Assembly: GCF_041146345.1 (NCBI RefSeq) | Contig: NW_027191405.1 | Coordinates: 1,240,001 to 1,304,000 of the forward strand | From: Neodothiora populina | Lineage: Eukaryota | Direction of reading: 5' to 3' | Length of the DNA stretch: 64,000 nt | Shown: piece after piece, positions 61,623 through 64,000 of the stretch | How the letters are laid out: each line of letters starts with the position of its first letter | How positions within the stretch are numbered: position 1 is the stretch's first letter | Notes under the pieces: model-generated | Told to the model about the DNA's origin: nothing | What the model saw: only the letters and a program-made list of their open reading frames with translations | Databases searched by the model: none | Translations under genes and position numbers: made by a program

Positions 61623-64000
61623 GATGCTGTTGACGACCGTCTTTGGCAGCGAAGCAGATGTGGCTGCCGAGACAATGTCGTGAGCGCCGCCCGGTGTCGC
61701 GAGGGTCTCGGTGGATGGGAAGCGGAAGAGGGATACCGGTCGTGATGGCGGGTGAGGATAGAAGTAGCTGCGATCGTTGACGCTGCTGTGGCCGGATGCT
61801 AGAGAGTGCCCTCGACGATGCTGGTGTATCGCAGCCGGAGATCTGCCCGGTGAGAGGGAATACTGCGCTGGCGATGAGAGCGCTGGAGACAGAGGTGTGT
61901 AGGTATGAGGGAAGGGATAAGAGGGTGGCGGAGAGGGTGTGGGGGGGGGGTTTTGCCGTCGCTGTCGTTGTTGTTATCGTAGGGGCCGTAGAGACGGTGG
62001 GCGCTGCGGTGGCGGGAGTGGCAGCCGGAGTGGCAGGAATGTATTGGAGATGTTGATGATTATGATGACTGTGATGACGATGCTGATGAGGCGATGAAGG
62101 ATACGAATGGGACGAGGGATCCTGCGTCTGGGTCTGAGTCGTGTCGTCGTTGTCGTACTGTAGGTATTGTGGGTGTGGAGAGTCGGTCGTAAATGTGGTA
62201 GTACGATCTGCTCCTTCCTCTTGCCCTTGCTCTTGCTGCTCTAAATCGGCAGGTGCAGTGTCGGCAGCTGTGGTAGTTGGGGCAGGAACAAGATCATTGC
62301 TGTCATGGACGTGATGTTGGTCGTCCACGTTCGGCGACGACGACGACGTCGACATTGGCAACAGCAACAGCAACAGCGACTGCAGCTGCTAAACCTTGTA
62401 AAGTGGGAAAGTCTAAAATGGCTGACTTGTGGGACCCAAGGGGAGGTTAGTTTGTTAGTGACAAAGGTAATCCCTGCCCTGCGCAGCGTCTTGACTCTCT
62501 TTTCGTCTCTGTTTCTTGTGTCACTCTGCTTTTTCACTCGTGTACTTGCTACATAGACCCGTCCGACCTGGCTCTGGCGAGCACTAATAGGCTTGCAGAA
62601 ACACAAGTGGATACCTTTGGATAACCCAAAGAGGGGGACGGACCTTTGTTGCCGATGTGTCCGCCCTTGAGCCGCTTGAACCTTGTTTCGTCTGTGTATT
62701 GTACAAGTATGGTTTTAAAGCAGAAGATATCGTACTGTAGATACTCGAGAGAGGATAATACTGAGTGTATAGCTAATCCAATTGTCCCTCCTCTCTCCAC
62801 ACGAGACGGATTCCTTCAGAGCATGAGATAGTCCACCCTGCCTGCCTCTACACCATCCTGTTCCAAGGCACGAAATCGACTAATTGTTGGAACTTGGGCG
62901 AAATGCGTTGGCCCGCCATGTCCCTCCCCGCCAATCTCCCCCCAATTCAGGTCACTGATACATGCGATCGTCGTCCCATCTGATCACTAAAGAAAAAAGC
63001 ACTTTATCCGGTCTCAATCAACTTTTCTGGCTTTGCCACGTCAAGCAAGCCCTGCTGCGATCAATGTGGCTGACCTGACTGACCCCCCCGTGGCTGATGG
63101 AAATGACAAGTCGACCTTCAGCTTGCGCTCTCTGTGCGGTGGCGGCTCAAGAGAGAAAAAGTGGGAAAGCATGGACCTTGCGCGCTGCTTGTGCTCCACA
63201 CTACAGTTACAGATATAGACAATCCAGATGATTGGGTCTATTGGTCATGCTGCTTCTTCGTATTGTACTGTAAATTAACAAGAAGCAAACAAAGTAGAAG
63301 AAATCATAAGACATGACGGATGTTTTGGTATTGGTGCAGCAGAAACACAAGTATATAACCTTTACCAGACACACAAAGTGTGTACACACCAAGATTGGAA
63401 GCCATCTAGGCTACCGGGACACGCAAGAATGATCCGCCTGACACAACGACCATAACGCGCATCTCCATGTCGCTTAGTCGTCATGCCGTCCCGTCCTCTT
63501 TATTTCAATCCGAGTCCACTGCACGCTCCTTCCGTGCTGTAAAAGAGAAATGACATCTAGTGCTCCTCTCATGTCCTACAATATTTATGCTACACAATAT
63601 ACAATGTCACAATATTTCATACTACGGCAAGGGGTCAATCTCCACCATACTCGCCAAGGGAAGCATTACTCGAGCGCTGATGATATGATGAACACGACGG
63701 ATTCACTGCTGCACGCCTCTTGTACAGTGGAAAGATTATTTGAGAAATGCAAGTGCCTATGAGCGTTAACGGGCATAGAAAGCGGGTGAAACGGGAGCAG
63801 ACTCATGCAGCATGCAAGCTTCAGAATCCTGCAGCCTCAAGAGTGGATCACGATTACTATCGACTGTAGAGAAGTCGAGCAGGCTATTCAATCTTCACAA
63901 ATCTTTTGCCTCCAGACGATGGAAGTGACAGAAGTGTATCTACATACGGACAAACCATCAAGTAGAAAGAACAAAAACATTTTCCATCGCCACCACTCCT

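Noticed and set aside
63805..64000. ATG-initiated frame open to the window end
   Set aside because: Only about 65 codons are visible, with no recognisable motif.

Overview
This is intron-containing genomic DNA from a filamentous ascomycete; gene content and style suggest a Dothideomycete, which is an inference. The window is gene-dense, with about 23 protein-coding genes, mostly housekeeping. In order they are RRN6, SPC25, MZT1, a fungal-specific regulator, RIC1, a sphingoid base kinase, coatomer beta, mago nashi, GID4/VID24, RPL9, a monothiol glutaredoxin, a Ser/Thr-rich membrane protein, a head-to-head pair of Zn2Cys6 transcription factors, complex I ESSS subunit, GH13 alpha-glucosidase, a Sir2-type sirtuin, a GPI cell-wall protein, an aldo-keto reductase, CUS2/Tat-SF1, tannase/feruloyl esterase and the SSK2 MAPKKK. 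The most unusual region is about 28.6-40.5 kb. Two inward-facing, disrupted paralogs of an uncharacterised gene bracket the membrane-protein gene and the transcription factor pair. The longer copy has a C-terminal domain resembling a DUF3990/ADP-ribosyltransferase-like fold. Both copies share a nearly identical TATA-containing promoter motif, and that promoter unit is tandemly amplified about 3.5 times (period about 150 bp) in front of the longer copy. Other oddities are a G10 homopolymer that splits a long N-terminal extension off SSK2, and a cryptic multi-intron minus-strand transcript at 27.3-28.4 kb. I saw no tRNA, rRNA, CRISPR array or recognisable transposase. All assignments come from reading motifs by eye; no searches were run.
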